From Selaginella moellendorffii (Eukaryota; Plantae; Lycopodiophyta), in NCBI RefSeq assembly GCF_000143415.4, contig NW_003314290.1, positions 1,664,454 to 1,728,453 on the forward strand: a stretch of DNA of 64,000 nt, in the 5' to 3' direction. Positions 52,781 to 63,498 of this stretch are shown here, in pieces (the stretch's first letter is position 1; each line of letters opens with the position of its first letter). The notes beneath the pieces were generated by a model. The model had not been told where the DNA came from. It did not search any database and worked only from the letters and a program-made list of their open reading frames with translations. The translations under genes were made by a program, and so were the position numbers.

Positions 52781-53356
52781 AGACCTATTTTGATTTCGAA
52801 CCCGAATGGCCAGGAGGTTTAGAGAACAATCTAGATATTCGAAATAACAGTCAGAGAATATTCGTCCCCCACGAAAGTATTCCAGTGGAGTTTTGTGTCA
52901 AAGCCGCGGCGACGCTTGGGTTGCTGCGCCAATGGAGTCATCCGGGACTCCAACAGCGGGAGTTCCAGCAGATATTGGAGCTCCAGCTCCAGCAAGAGAT
53001 CCAATTCCATCTCCATCTCCAGCAAGAGATCTAGTTCTAGCTCCAGCTTCTCCTGTGATCACTTTAGCAGGGGTTATGCCGGCCCCTATGGAAGTAGATG
53101 ATGTAAGTTTTTTTCTGCTGCTGTTGCGCTTTCCTCCAGCCCCTGTCTTCTCCAGTATGGTATGATCAAGAGGCTGCTCCAGAAAAAGAAGCCCGGACTC
53201 AAGATCAATAGGAGAATTTTTCGCTCTTGTCACACATTTCATTTCATGTCTTCTCATCTCACATGGATTTAAAAAATCTCTCCCAGCCGCGCGAAAAAAA
53301 TTCTAATTAGGGTTTAAGGTTTTTGGTCCGGCTCGGCCCTAACTGCCGTTCGCTTG

Positions 53357-55787
53357 ATGGCGGCGGTAGCTCCGGCACCACCGGTGCGATGGCGAGCCGA
53401 GTCCAAGGAGATTGGAGGCTTCTACACGTTTCTCAAGTCGGAGGTACGCTGTGGATTGCCTGCATTGCGATTGAGCTCTGCAAAACATGGATCGTTTTCT
53501 TCTCCTCGATCGCTTCTTCTCCGTCGGTTTTCCCCCAGGTGGACAAGCTCAAGGCGGCCGAGGGCAAGATGAGAACCCACGCGATGAAGCAGTGCAACGT
53601 GCTGCTCAAGGAGTACGTGAGCTTCAATCCTTACATCCAGCGCCTCTACTTTGAGCACATCCGGAGCAAAAAGTATGGCGATTCTAGATATCCTCAAGCG
53701 TACCGCTGCTCCATGCGACAGCTGAGGTCCCCATCGGGTAAGAAGATCCTCCTTCCACTCTCTAAAGTTCTTGGAACTCAGCCTGGTTTGATCCAGTTCT
53801 TCGTCTCTTCTTCTTCTGCCAGTGTGGGACTCGTCTCCTCCGGCTATTTTCCGAAGAGAGAGCACGGTGAATCCAAACCACATCATGTCCGAGTCGTCCT
53901 CCATGTCGGGCTACGAGAGCTCCGACCACGCAAGCGCTCGGATACTGGCCAAGACTCCAAAGCCAGAGCAGGGCCGAAAGAAATCTCCGGAGGGATCTCA
54001 TCATAGAGGGGCCGAGACTTCTCGAAACCCGGAGCGAGAGAATGGCAAGAACAGGTCTCCGGTTCTCATAAGATACAGGTCTCCGGACTCAAATCCGGAG
54101 AGGCCGAGCCAGGGAAGTCCTTACAGAATCTCCGAGGGGAGTCCCTTCAAGTATCGCAAAGCAGCAGGCCAACGAGTGAACGAAGACGTTGTGGACAGTT
54201 CTGTGTATCGTCAGCCGCCACCACCTCACCGGCAAGTTCAGCTGGATCATCCTACGTTTGCGAGGGTCATGGCGACGAGCGGCTCGGAAGTCGTCTCGGA
54301 AGTGTCCCGGTTTTTGACGCCGCAAGAGACGAGAGCTGCTGGTTCGAGATACGATCTCCCGACGCGGCTCTCGAGCGGCAGCAGCAGCGATCAGTCGACT
54401 CCGACAGCGGTGTTTGAGTCTTTGAACAGACGCACGGCGAGAGCGTCGGAACTTTCGACTTTGCAGTCGCGGTACTCGTCCCCGACGAAAACCATGGACG
54501 GCAGCAACGTCCTTTCAGGTGTCACAACCGAACCTCGGACGTCGTCGACGACTTCTTCGTCCACCGCAGGGATACCAGCAAGTAGCGATCTCCAGCATCG
54601 ACACCAGGCTTTGTTTTCCTCATCGAGTAGAACCACGACGACGACAACATCTTTGTCGAGAGCTTTTGACACAAGCTCAAGAACTCTGGACACTAGCTCA
54701 CAGGTTGGACTGCAGCAGCCGAGAACCGCATCCAGTGATGCCGTCACCAGCAGCTCTGCGAGGGGTTTGGATCGTGTTCCCGGCACTCCGTCCACGAAAG
54801 AAGTTTCTTTCGACGACGGTTTGCCTTACAAACTCGAGCAGGGAGGAGTCTCTTACCAGGACGAAGGCACTCAGACTTACTCGGACAGGATACCGGGAGC
54901 TCATGCATTGCGATATGGCATCGTCCAAGGTGGAGTTTCTCCTCCTCACAGGTCGGATCCAGATTTTCCCACTGCTGCTACCATGACTACTGCTACGACT
55001 ACTGCTACCATCACTACTGCGACGACTACTACTCCCACGACGACGACAAATGCTACTAGGAACGAAGTATCCAATCAACAACACCCCGCCGCTAGCTCTT
55101 CGACTCACACCCGAAACGCGAGTCCCAGCAAACTCCCTGGAGGTGGAATTTACACTTACAAGATGCCGGCGGGAGGCTCATACAGAATGCTTGATCACTC
55201 AGCCAGGCTGCCGGAGGCCAAGCTCGTCGAGGGCTCTAGCAACATTTATGTCATCGAAGACGCGACTCAGTACAAGGTGTCCGAGAGCCGGACGTCGGAG
55301 CACGTCACAGTCGGGCATTTGCTCTACGGTAGCGAGACGAGGACGCTCGACACCGAGAAGAGAAGCCGGACGAAAAGTGGTGACAACGCTCTCCGACTTA
55401 AGAGGTTCTCTTCCATGTTCGTCTGCCTCGTCCATGATCTAAAGCTTGCTCTTTTCTTGTTCTATCCTCCAGGAAAAAGAAGAAGTTTGCTGCTCACCGA
55501 TGCGATGTGAATGATCTAGTCCCCGAGCAGCGGAGAGTGAGGCGGAGATCCATCCAGAATCGAGTTCCAGAGACGAGGAAATACATGTTCTACAAGTACT
55601 ACGGTATGACACCAAAAATTCTTTTTTTGCCTTGAAGGTTTTGTGAGGGTTTTTTCTCCAAGGATTTGCTGGTCAAGGAGCTAAAACGAGCTGGGGTCAC
55701 AATCGCCCTCTTGGAATTTCTCCTCCTCACGCACAAAAAGCTCCTCCTCCTCCGGTGGTGGAAGGTGAAAGGCCCGACGCCGTGTAG
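53357..55787 (+). CDS. Uncharacterised 5-exon protein B (long Ser/Thr-rich disordered middle; paralogue of protein A)
   Basis: Exons 53357-53443, 53539-~53737, 53823-~55403, ~55473-55603 and 55663-55787 join in frame via GT-AG introns. Confidence 0.75.
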
Positions 55788-55942
55788 AAATCTCCAGTAA
55801 AAATTCGCTCGTCACTGTAACTTTCCTCGTAGTTTTACCGCTATAGGCAGTTTGTCAATGTGTGTGGAGTCTGTGAGGAGGGATCATATAATTTCATCCT
55901 TGGAAGCAAATTTTCCTTTGGAATAGGGTTAGGGCTCTCGCG

Positions 55943-58782
55943 ATGGATTCCTCCTCCGAGGACGACGTGCCGCTCGCGGCGCGCTTCAAGAAGGCAAATC
56001 CAGCCAAGGATTCGGACGACGAGGACGACGTCCCCCTCGCCCGGCGCATCTTTTCCGCGAGAGCGCGCAATCCCGGAGCGGAGCAGCACGCCAGCTCCTC
56101 CAAGGATGGATCGGTGGCGGCGGCGCCGGCTTCCGCCGATTCCAACGCAAGCGGGAGGAAGAGGCCCGCGCCAGCGTCCGCCAATGGCAGTTCCAAGAAA
56201 TCCAAGGTCGAGGTGAGCTCCAGCGATGAGGAGAGTGAGGAGGAGGATGACGAAGACGAGGACGAGGACGTTCCCATTGGAAAGCGTTTTGGGGGCGATA
56301 GTGCAAAGCCAGGGAAGAAGGGAGCGACGAAGGGGAAGGCTGGGAGCAAGAAACCCAGAAAGGGGAGTGTTGCTGAGCCAAAATGGACGACGCTGGAGCA
56401 CAATGGCGTGCTCTTCCCCCCGCCGTATAGCCCGCATGGAGTGAAGATGCTCTACAATGGTCGGCCAGTCGATCTTACACCAGAAGAAGAGGAGGTTTGT
56501 AGCTCTTTGTTTCGCTTTCTTCGTTTAATTGTAGCTGGTCTTGCAGATCGCGACGATGTTTGCCGTGATGAAAGACACTGACTACGCAACCAAGCCCGTC
56601 TTTGTCAAGAACTTTTGGGAGGACTGGAAGAAAGTTCTTGGTCCAAAGCACGTCATCCAGAAGTTTGAGCTGTGCGACTTCACTCCTATTTTCGACTGGC
56701 ATGCCGCGGAGAAAGAGAAGAAGAAGCAAATGAGTGCAGAGGTGTGTTCGTCCGTGGATTATGTGTTTGTCTCACTTCTTTTTGCAGGAGAAAAAGCAAC
56801 TGAAAGAGGAGAAGGCGAAAGCAGAAGAACGTTATGCATGGGTTCTGATCGATGGTGTCAAAGAGAAGGCGGGGTTACTTCTTTTCTTTCCACCCCATGG
56901 CAGTTTTCTTACTGTAACTCGTGCCAACAGGTTGGAAATTTTAGAGTGGAGCCTCCTGGCCTTTTCCGGGGCCGCGGCGAGCATCCCAAGGTACTTAAGC
57001 TTCAGTTTGTTTGTAAGCTTCACACCATTGTCGTTTAGATGGGAAAGCTGAAACGGCGCATTTTTCCTGAAGACATTGTACTCAACATTGGAAAAGAAGC
57101 ACCAGTTCCAGAGTGTCCGCTTCCTGGTCACAAGTAAGTGTGCATTACATGATTCTTATCTTGTTAGGCTAACTTTGCTTACCGCAGGTGGAAGGAAGTC
57201 AGACACGATAACACCGTTACCTGGCTTGCGTTTTGGAACGACCCGATCAATGTGAAGGAGTTTAAGTACGTGTTTTTGCATCAAAGTAGTAGTTTGAAGG
57301 GCAAGAGCGATGAGGAGAAATACGATAAGGCTAGGAAGCTTACGTCAAAAGTAAGCAGGCGTTTTCTTTTCTTTTCTAATCTTCATTTCTTGTCAGATTG
57401 ATAGCATACGGGAATCTTACACAAAGGATTTTAAAGCGAAGGATGTGGAAGCACGGCAGATTGCGGTGGCCACGTATCTTATTGATAGGCTTGCTCTGAG
57501 AGCAGGAAACGAAAAGGTGGAAAGTGTGTCATTTTCGTGCCTGTGAATTGACATTTTGATTTCAGGATGACGATGAAGCTGATACGGTTGGCTGCTGCTC
57601 GTTGAAAGTGGAGCACGTCTCTCTTTCCCCTCCGAGCTCGCTTGAGGTGCTTTGTTGAGGACTTGAGACTGTTGTTTTGTGATCTATGGTTCGCATATTT
57701 ACAGTTCGATTTTCTGGGTAAAGACTCCATCAGGTACCAAAACTCTGTGGTTGTAAACGAAGAGGTATACGACGCTATACACGACTTCAAGAAAGGTATG
57801 TTGTGACTTGTGTTGTCCTCGTTGAGATGAGCTGTTTGTTACACAGGGAAAAAGGAAGGGGTTGACCTCTTTGATAGGTTAGATACTTCTAAGCTTAATG
57901 CCCATCTGAAGAAGTACATGCAAGGTCTAACAGCGAAGGTGTTTCGAACGTATAATGCGTCATATACTTTGGAGACGCAGGTTTGCGACTTTTGCTTTGT
58001 CAAGGCCAAAATGATCTGACGCATTACTTGTTACAGTTGAAGGAGACGCTTGGTGCGACTCTTAACGAGAAAACTGCAGAATACTCCCGAGCAAATAAGG
58101 AGGTAAGAGAACGTTCTGTTTGGTTAGCACTCATGAATCTTGTTGACAGGTCGCGATTCTATGTAATCATCAACGGACAGTATCCAAGGGCCATAGTGCT
58201 CAGATGGAAAGATTGGAGGCAAAGATTTCAGAGTTAAAGGTCTGTTTTTCTTTATGGTTTGTTTGAGGCTGACGCTTTGCTATTGGCAGACATTGCGTGA
58301 GGAACTTGCAACAGACTTGGGGAAAGTTAAAAAGGGCAAACCCCCAGTCCACAGCACCGCTAAAAGGCCTCCAACCGCAGAACAGTAAGTGGATGATTTT
58401 TATGTTTCCACTTTTATGATACTGACTATTCATGTAAATACCAGGTTGGAAAAGAAGTTGGCTCAAACTGATGCAAGGATAGCGAAGATGACCTTGGATC
58501 TGTCCGTCAAAGAAGATCTCAAAACCGTAGCGCTGGGAACGTCCAAGATCAACTACATGGATCCTCGAATAACAGTCGCTTGGTGCAAGCGACACGAAAT
58601 CCCCATTGAGAAGGTGACCAGGCACTCCTTACTTTCATTTCTTTTATTTCTTTTACTGAGGCAGGAGATTTGGATCACAGGTTTTTAATAAGTCATTGCT
58701 GGCCAAATTCGCGTGGGCAATGAACGTAGAGCCCAACTTCAGATTTTGTGAGGCTGATGGTGGTGCAGACGAAGACCTTTGA
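55943..58782 (+). CDS. TOP1: DNA topoisomerase I (type IB)
   Basis: [81 protein letters not shown] (catalytic Tyr). Confidence 0.97.
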
Positions 58783-58918
58783 TTCTTTGAAATATATATC
58801 GTCTCCTCATTCCCGCTGGCTAGAAGTAGAGAGAAAAACTTGGAAGAAGGGAGTGACTCCCCTCTGCCAATATAACGTCAACACTTGCGAGACTCTATCT
58901 CGGTCTCGATGATCATGG

Positions 58919-60826
58919 TCATAGACGAGTGGATCCAGGTAGTCGGAAGCTGAGGCTTCTGGAGCTACCATCACTTGAAGGTGGTGGCAAGTCAAGAACG
59001 TCTATGTTACCTTCGAGCATATCCAGGACGTTTCTCATAGAGGGGCGGATTGCTGCCTCGGGTTGGATGCACCACAGTCCGATTTTCACGTACCTCTCGG
59101 CATCCTTGAGCTCCAAGCCACTGCTAGTGCTGGCGAAATCGTCGTCCAGGAGCTTCTCGTCAATAAGCTCGACGACGTTGCCACTGTGAAACATGCTCAG
59201 CGCGGTTTCGCCCAGGAAGCGCGGTTGTGAGGAGGATGAGGAGGAAGAGGAGGATGGAGGATGGAACTGGACGGTGCGCTTGGAGCTGACGAGCTCGAGC
59301 AGCACGATTCCAAAGCTGTAGACATCGGTCTTGTCCGTGACTTTGGTGTGGAGCCACTCGGGTGCCATGTATCCGGGAGTTCCTCGCATGACAGTCACCA
59401 CCTGGCTCTTTCCCCGCTCGGCGAGCTTGCTCAGGCCAAAGTCGGAAATTCTGGCTCGTAAGTTCTCGTCCAGGAGGATATTTTGAGGCTTGATATCCAG
59501 GTGAAGAACTTGCTCCCGGCATCCTTCGTGGAGGTATGTGAGTCCTCGAGCAACATCTAACGCGATTAAGTGTCTCTGGTTCCAGTTTAACAGCAGATTT
59601 GCTGATCCGCCACCTTTGTCATCATCGTTCTTGGTGAAGATCCACTTGTCCAGTGATCCATTGGGCATGAACTCGTAGACAAGCAATGCGGCTGGTCCCT
59701 GAATGCAAAATCCTCGAAGCTTTACCAGGTTGAAGTGGTGAATGCTGCCAATGGACATAACCTCGGCCTTGAACTGCGAGTGTCCTTTCGACGCGCCTTG
59801 GATCTCTACGTCCATCTTCTTCACAGCAACGAGGCTCCCATCCACAAGCTCTCCTTTGAAGACAGATCCAAATCCTCCAGCTCCAAGTATGAGCTCGGGA
59901 TCAAAGTTTCTAGTTGCCATCTTCAAGTCGTGATAGCTAAACTGGTGCGGAAGTATCTCATCGAGCCTCATTCCTTCGATGAGCACTTGCTTTTCCATGC
60001 GCCTCCTCCGAGATCTTCTCCACTTTCTGGTTGCAACGAAGATTACGACGCTAAGCACCACCCCGGCCACAGCGCTTGCTACCCCAGCGATCACTCCCAG
60101 ATAACTCTTTTTGCTTCGAATGAACTGTGGAAGATTACTATCAGTGACACTCCAAGTGACATTTCTCAAGATTCCAATGCCTGGATCATACCCAAGCTGC
60201 CTCCACACTTGCTCGTTCCCAGCCACAGCGTTTGGAGCACAGGGCTCCGTGAACGAATGATCGCTGAGACACCCGTCTGGGGAGTAGCATTGAGCCACCA
60301 TCCTGGCCACCGCAGTCCGTCCATTTGGAGCTAAAACTTGGATGTTTGTCGAGCACAAGCTCCGGTCTTGGCTATACCATCCAGTGGCCAGCGCTGCCAT
60401 GGGTTCCATATTCCATTGCGAGGACGTGCACGGCCTGAGAGACCCCGGATTTGAGAGGTTGAAGCTTGTGACATAGAGGACGGCATTGTTGGTCCCTTGC
60501 AAAGTTGGAGAGCAAGTGAAAGTCCTGTAAGCTAGGCCTGGGACGCAGCAATTCGGGCAGTCTGGAGCGATGGTGGCATTCAAAATGACGCTGGAGAAGG
60601 GCTTGCAAGCTTCGGAATCGCTGAGATATGGCTCGGATTGATTGCTCGATTGGTAGCAGGATGAATTGCGGAGTGAACGGTTGCCGCTGAGCATGGGCTC
60701 CGGGAAACAAAGATATCCATTCGGGCAGTCGCTTGATGAAGAACATACCTGTTGTTGGGCTTGCAAGTGGAAACTCCTGGTGCTACATAACACTATCATG
60801 AAGCACATGAGAAGCGACACCTCCAT
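58919..60826 (-). CDS. Receptor-like kinase with kiwellin (ripening-related, RlpA-like double-psi beta-barrel) ectodomain; intronless
   Basis: Signal peptide; Cys-rich CSSSSDCPNGYLC; CCVPGLAYRTFTCSP...ALATGWY...C...APNGRTAVA...C....GC..DH....PC..N.V....VW..LG...VTWS; TM (GVIAGVASAVAGVVLSVVIFVA) followed by RKWRR; intact kinase (LGAGGFG, VAVK, HLDIKPQN, DFG, GTPGYMAPE). Confidence 0.9.
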   Translation of the reverse strand: MEVSLLMCFMIVLCSTRSFHLQAQQQVCSSSSDCPNGYLCFPEPMLSGNRSLRNSSCYQSSNQSEPYLSDSEACKPFSSVILNATIAPDCPNCCVPGLAYRTFTCSPTLQGTNNAVLYVTSFNLSNPGSLRPCTSSQWNMEPMAALATGWYSQDRSLCSTNIQVLAPNGRTAVARMVAQCYSPDGCLSDHSFTEPCAPNAVAGNEQVWRQLGYDPGIGILRNVTWSVTDSNLPQFIRSKKSYLGVIAGVASAVAGVVLSVVIFVATRKWRRSRRRRMEKQVLIEGMRLDEILPHQFSYHDLKMATRNFDPELILGAGGFGSVFKGELVDGSLVAVKKMDVEIQGASKGHSQFKAEVMSIGSIHHFNLVKLRGFCIQGPAALLVYEFMPNGSLDKWIFTKNDDDKGGGSANLLLNWNQRHLIALDVARGLTYLHEGCREQVLHLDIKPQNILLDENLRARISDFGLSKLAERGKSQVVTVMRGTPGYMAPEWLHTKVTDKTDVYSFGIVLLELVSSKRTVQFHPPSSSSSSSSSQPRFLGETALSMFHSGNVVELIDEKLLDDDFASTSSGLELKDAERYVKIGLWCIQPEAAIRPSMRNVLDMLEGNIDVLDLPPPSSDGSSRSLSFRLPGSTRL

Positions 60827-61116
60827 AGTTTAGTAAATACCACTGTTCTTGGGCACCTGGAAACCACAGAAAATCACGAGATCGTGTCTCTCTTGTTGTT
60901 TCGGCCCACAGACTTAAAGTTTGGCAGCTGGCTGCAGGTATCTTTCAGTGTCATGGGCTGGCAGACGAAAAGAGGAATTCCTTCCAGGACCCGCAATGCT
61001 TTAACAAGCAAAAGCTTCGATCTTGACAAGTCTAGCTCCGCATGAGACCGCAAAAGACTTCGACTTTTTCTAGAGCTTTAAACCAGTTTACCCGCGAGAG
61101 GTTTGCAATTCCAGCC

Positions 61117-62884
61117 ATGGATCATCGCAGCACTTTCTTCGCGCTCGCGATGATCTCACTCGCCAGCGCCACCGCGCAGCATTTCTCCTCCTCTTGCGGC
61201 GCCAGATGCGACGATTGTTCTGGCGGTCTCGTTTGCAATCCTGTTAGCAAGACCTGCGATGGTGATCCAGGAGCTAACACCCTTTCCTGCCCAATTCCCG
61301 GCTGCGAGCCCGCGCAGACCTTCGTCTACTCGAATGCCACCGCCCTCAATCCCGAGTACTGCGTCGGCAACTACACCTATCAGCTCTTCAATTGCTCGCC
61401 TAAAGAGCAGTCTCTCAACTTCGCGGCTTTATACTACATCGAGCTGGAGGGGCTTCCCACGGCATGCAATCGGTCCACGCCCTACAAGAACTCGGAGCTC
61501 CTGGCAAATATGGCCACCGGATGGTTTGCCAGTGGATCCTCGTGCTTCAAAGAGATTGCAATCACGGCAGAGAATGGATGAGCGTCACGGCGACGGTGGC
61601 GGACATTTGTGCATCGACGATGGGGTGTAGCCCAGCGACTGGATACTACGAGCCGTGCACGCCCAGATCGCTGAGAGGGACGAGAGGTGTGTGGAAAGCG
61701 ACGTATTTTGATAATGTGTTGCAAGTCACTTGGAAGTGGATTCGAAAAAACGCACTCTTTTCATTGCACTGGTTTCTAGTGGAGCACTCGTTGCCTTGCG
61801 GCGCTCTTAAGGATTTTCTGGTGGAAGGTCGTGAGACTGTCCAATGCCGCCAAGAAGAAGCTCCATCTGGGGGATCGCACGGATGCCCCGCGGCAAATCA
61901 GGTACCAAGAGCTGTATCGAGCGACCAAGGGATTCCAGAGCAAGTGGGAGAGGGAGGGCTTGGGACTGTGTTCAAGGGGACGCTGCCCAGCGGAGAGATT
62001 GTAGCGGTCAAGAGGATTGGCGGTGGATCGCGGCAGGAGGACAAGCAATTTAAGGCGGAGGTGATGTCGATTGGCAGCATCCATCACCTCAATCTCGTCA
62101 AGCTGGATTTTGCCTGCATTCTCCCCACAACTTACTCGTCTACAAGTTCCTCGCCAATAGCTCGCTGGATAGATGGGATTTTGCCAAGGACAAGTACCTG
62201 CCCTGGGCAACCAGGCTTTCCATCGCGCTCGACGTCGCTTGAGGGCTTGCGTATCTCCACGATGGATGCCGCGAGAAGGTACTCCGTCTAGACATCAAGC
62301 CACAGAACATCCTCCTGGACGAGAAGATGAATGCCAAAATTGCCGACTTTGGATTCTCAAAGTTCATTGACAAGGACAAAACGCATGTCGTGACAGTCAT
62401 GCGGGGCACGGTGGGATACATGGCTCCCGAGTGGCTCCACTCTCGTGTCACGGACAAGACGGAAGTCTATAGCTTTGGAATCGTCCTCCTGGAGCTTGTT
62501 TGTAGCATAAAGGCCGTGGAGTGTTCCTTGTACTCGGACTCGCAGATGGACGTTGTGTTCCTCACCCAGACCGCTTTTAACAAGCTCCACAGTGGAAACG
62601 CCAAGGACTTGGTGGACGATCGGCTGCTCAAAGCCGAGGACGGTGGTGGTTTTTTCTTGAGTGGCTTTGAGAACATCCTCCTGATCGGGTTATGGTGTAC
62701 GCAGGAGGATCCCTTGCGGCGACCAACGATGTCTGTGGTGGTGAAGATGCTCGAGGGTGCCATGGATGTGTTGGCGCTCCCTCAGCTGGAGAGACCCGCT
62801 GCACAGGATTCATCGCTCTTGGTGAGCAGCAGCGAGAGCTCGGGAGTGCAGATCTCCATCTCGGTTTTGGACTTGGCTCGCTAA
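61117..62884 (+). pseudogene. Kissper-kiwellin receptor-like kinase, disrupted
   Basis: Signal peptide, kissper-like SSCGARCDDCSGGLVCNPVSKTCDGDPGANTLSC, kiwellin body, TM and kinase. Frameshifts near 61578, 61745, 61798, 61938 and 62105; in-frame TGA at 62240-62242; HLD changed to RLD. Confidence 0.82.
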
Positions 62885-63436
62885 GTAGATTGCTTAATAA
62901 GTTAATCAAAAGGAATGAACTTTCATTTAAGTATATATTTAGAATCCTAATGAGAAACCGGAAGGTCTGGAGGCGGAAGATCTGGAGGAGTTCAGGAAAT
63001 GGCTGAAGAGATCATCAAAACGGCACTTATAAACATGAATGAAACCACTATTTGGGTGATAAAGTTTTTGGCAAAGCGTGAAAGTTTGTACGTCTTTTTA
63101 TGTGCTGAGTCTTTTGGTATACACACACCACACGGCACGGGACGGTAGTTTGAGCACTTCAGTGTTGCTTTGGCAGTCCCTTTCAATGCCAATGGTTTTC
63201 TTGGCTTGGCCTAGAACAGAAAAATTCTTGCAAGAAAGGATGATAGCGATTTGCTTTTGCCAGTCAAAAGCTTTAAGTCTAGCTCGCTTCGCCTGGTCAA
63301 AAACGTCTCTTTATTATTCCAGACGACTCGTACAAGAAAGACCAATGCTCAGGTTGGAAAACCATTTGCTGAGCTTTTTTGTTATGACAACAGACGCGTT
63401 ATACACACATCACACGGCATGGCGATGCGTGGCTCC

Positions 63437-63443
63437 TATAAAA
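63437..63443 (+). promoter_or_regulatory. TATA box of the 3D-domain gene
   Basis: TATAAAA ~60 nt upstream of ATG 63499. Confidence 0.5.
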
Positions 63444-63498
63444 GGTAGAGCTCCGAGGTCATGCAAGAATTATACAGCGAGCAGCGCTGCGTTCATTC

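Noticed and set aside
52800-53260. Pro/Ala-rich ORFs with two ~30-bp repeats (PAPARDPIPS/PSPARDLVLA)
   Set aside because: Open in several frames on both strands owing to low complexity; no supportable gene model.
63100-63425. Short duplicated element (tatacacaca.cacacggca.gg) upstream of the 3D gene
   Set aside because: Only ~25 bp in two copies; no evidence of function.
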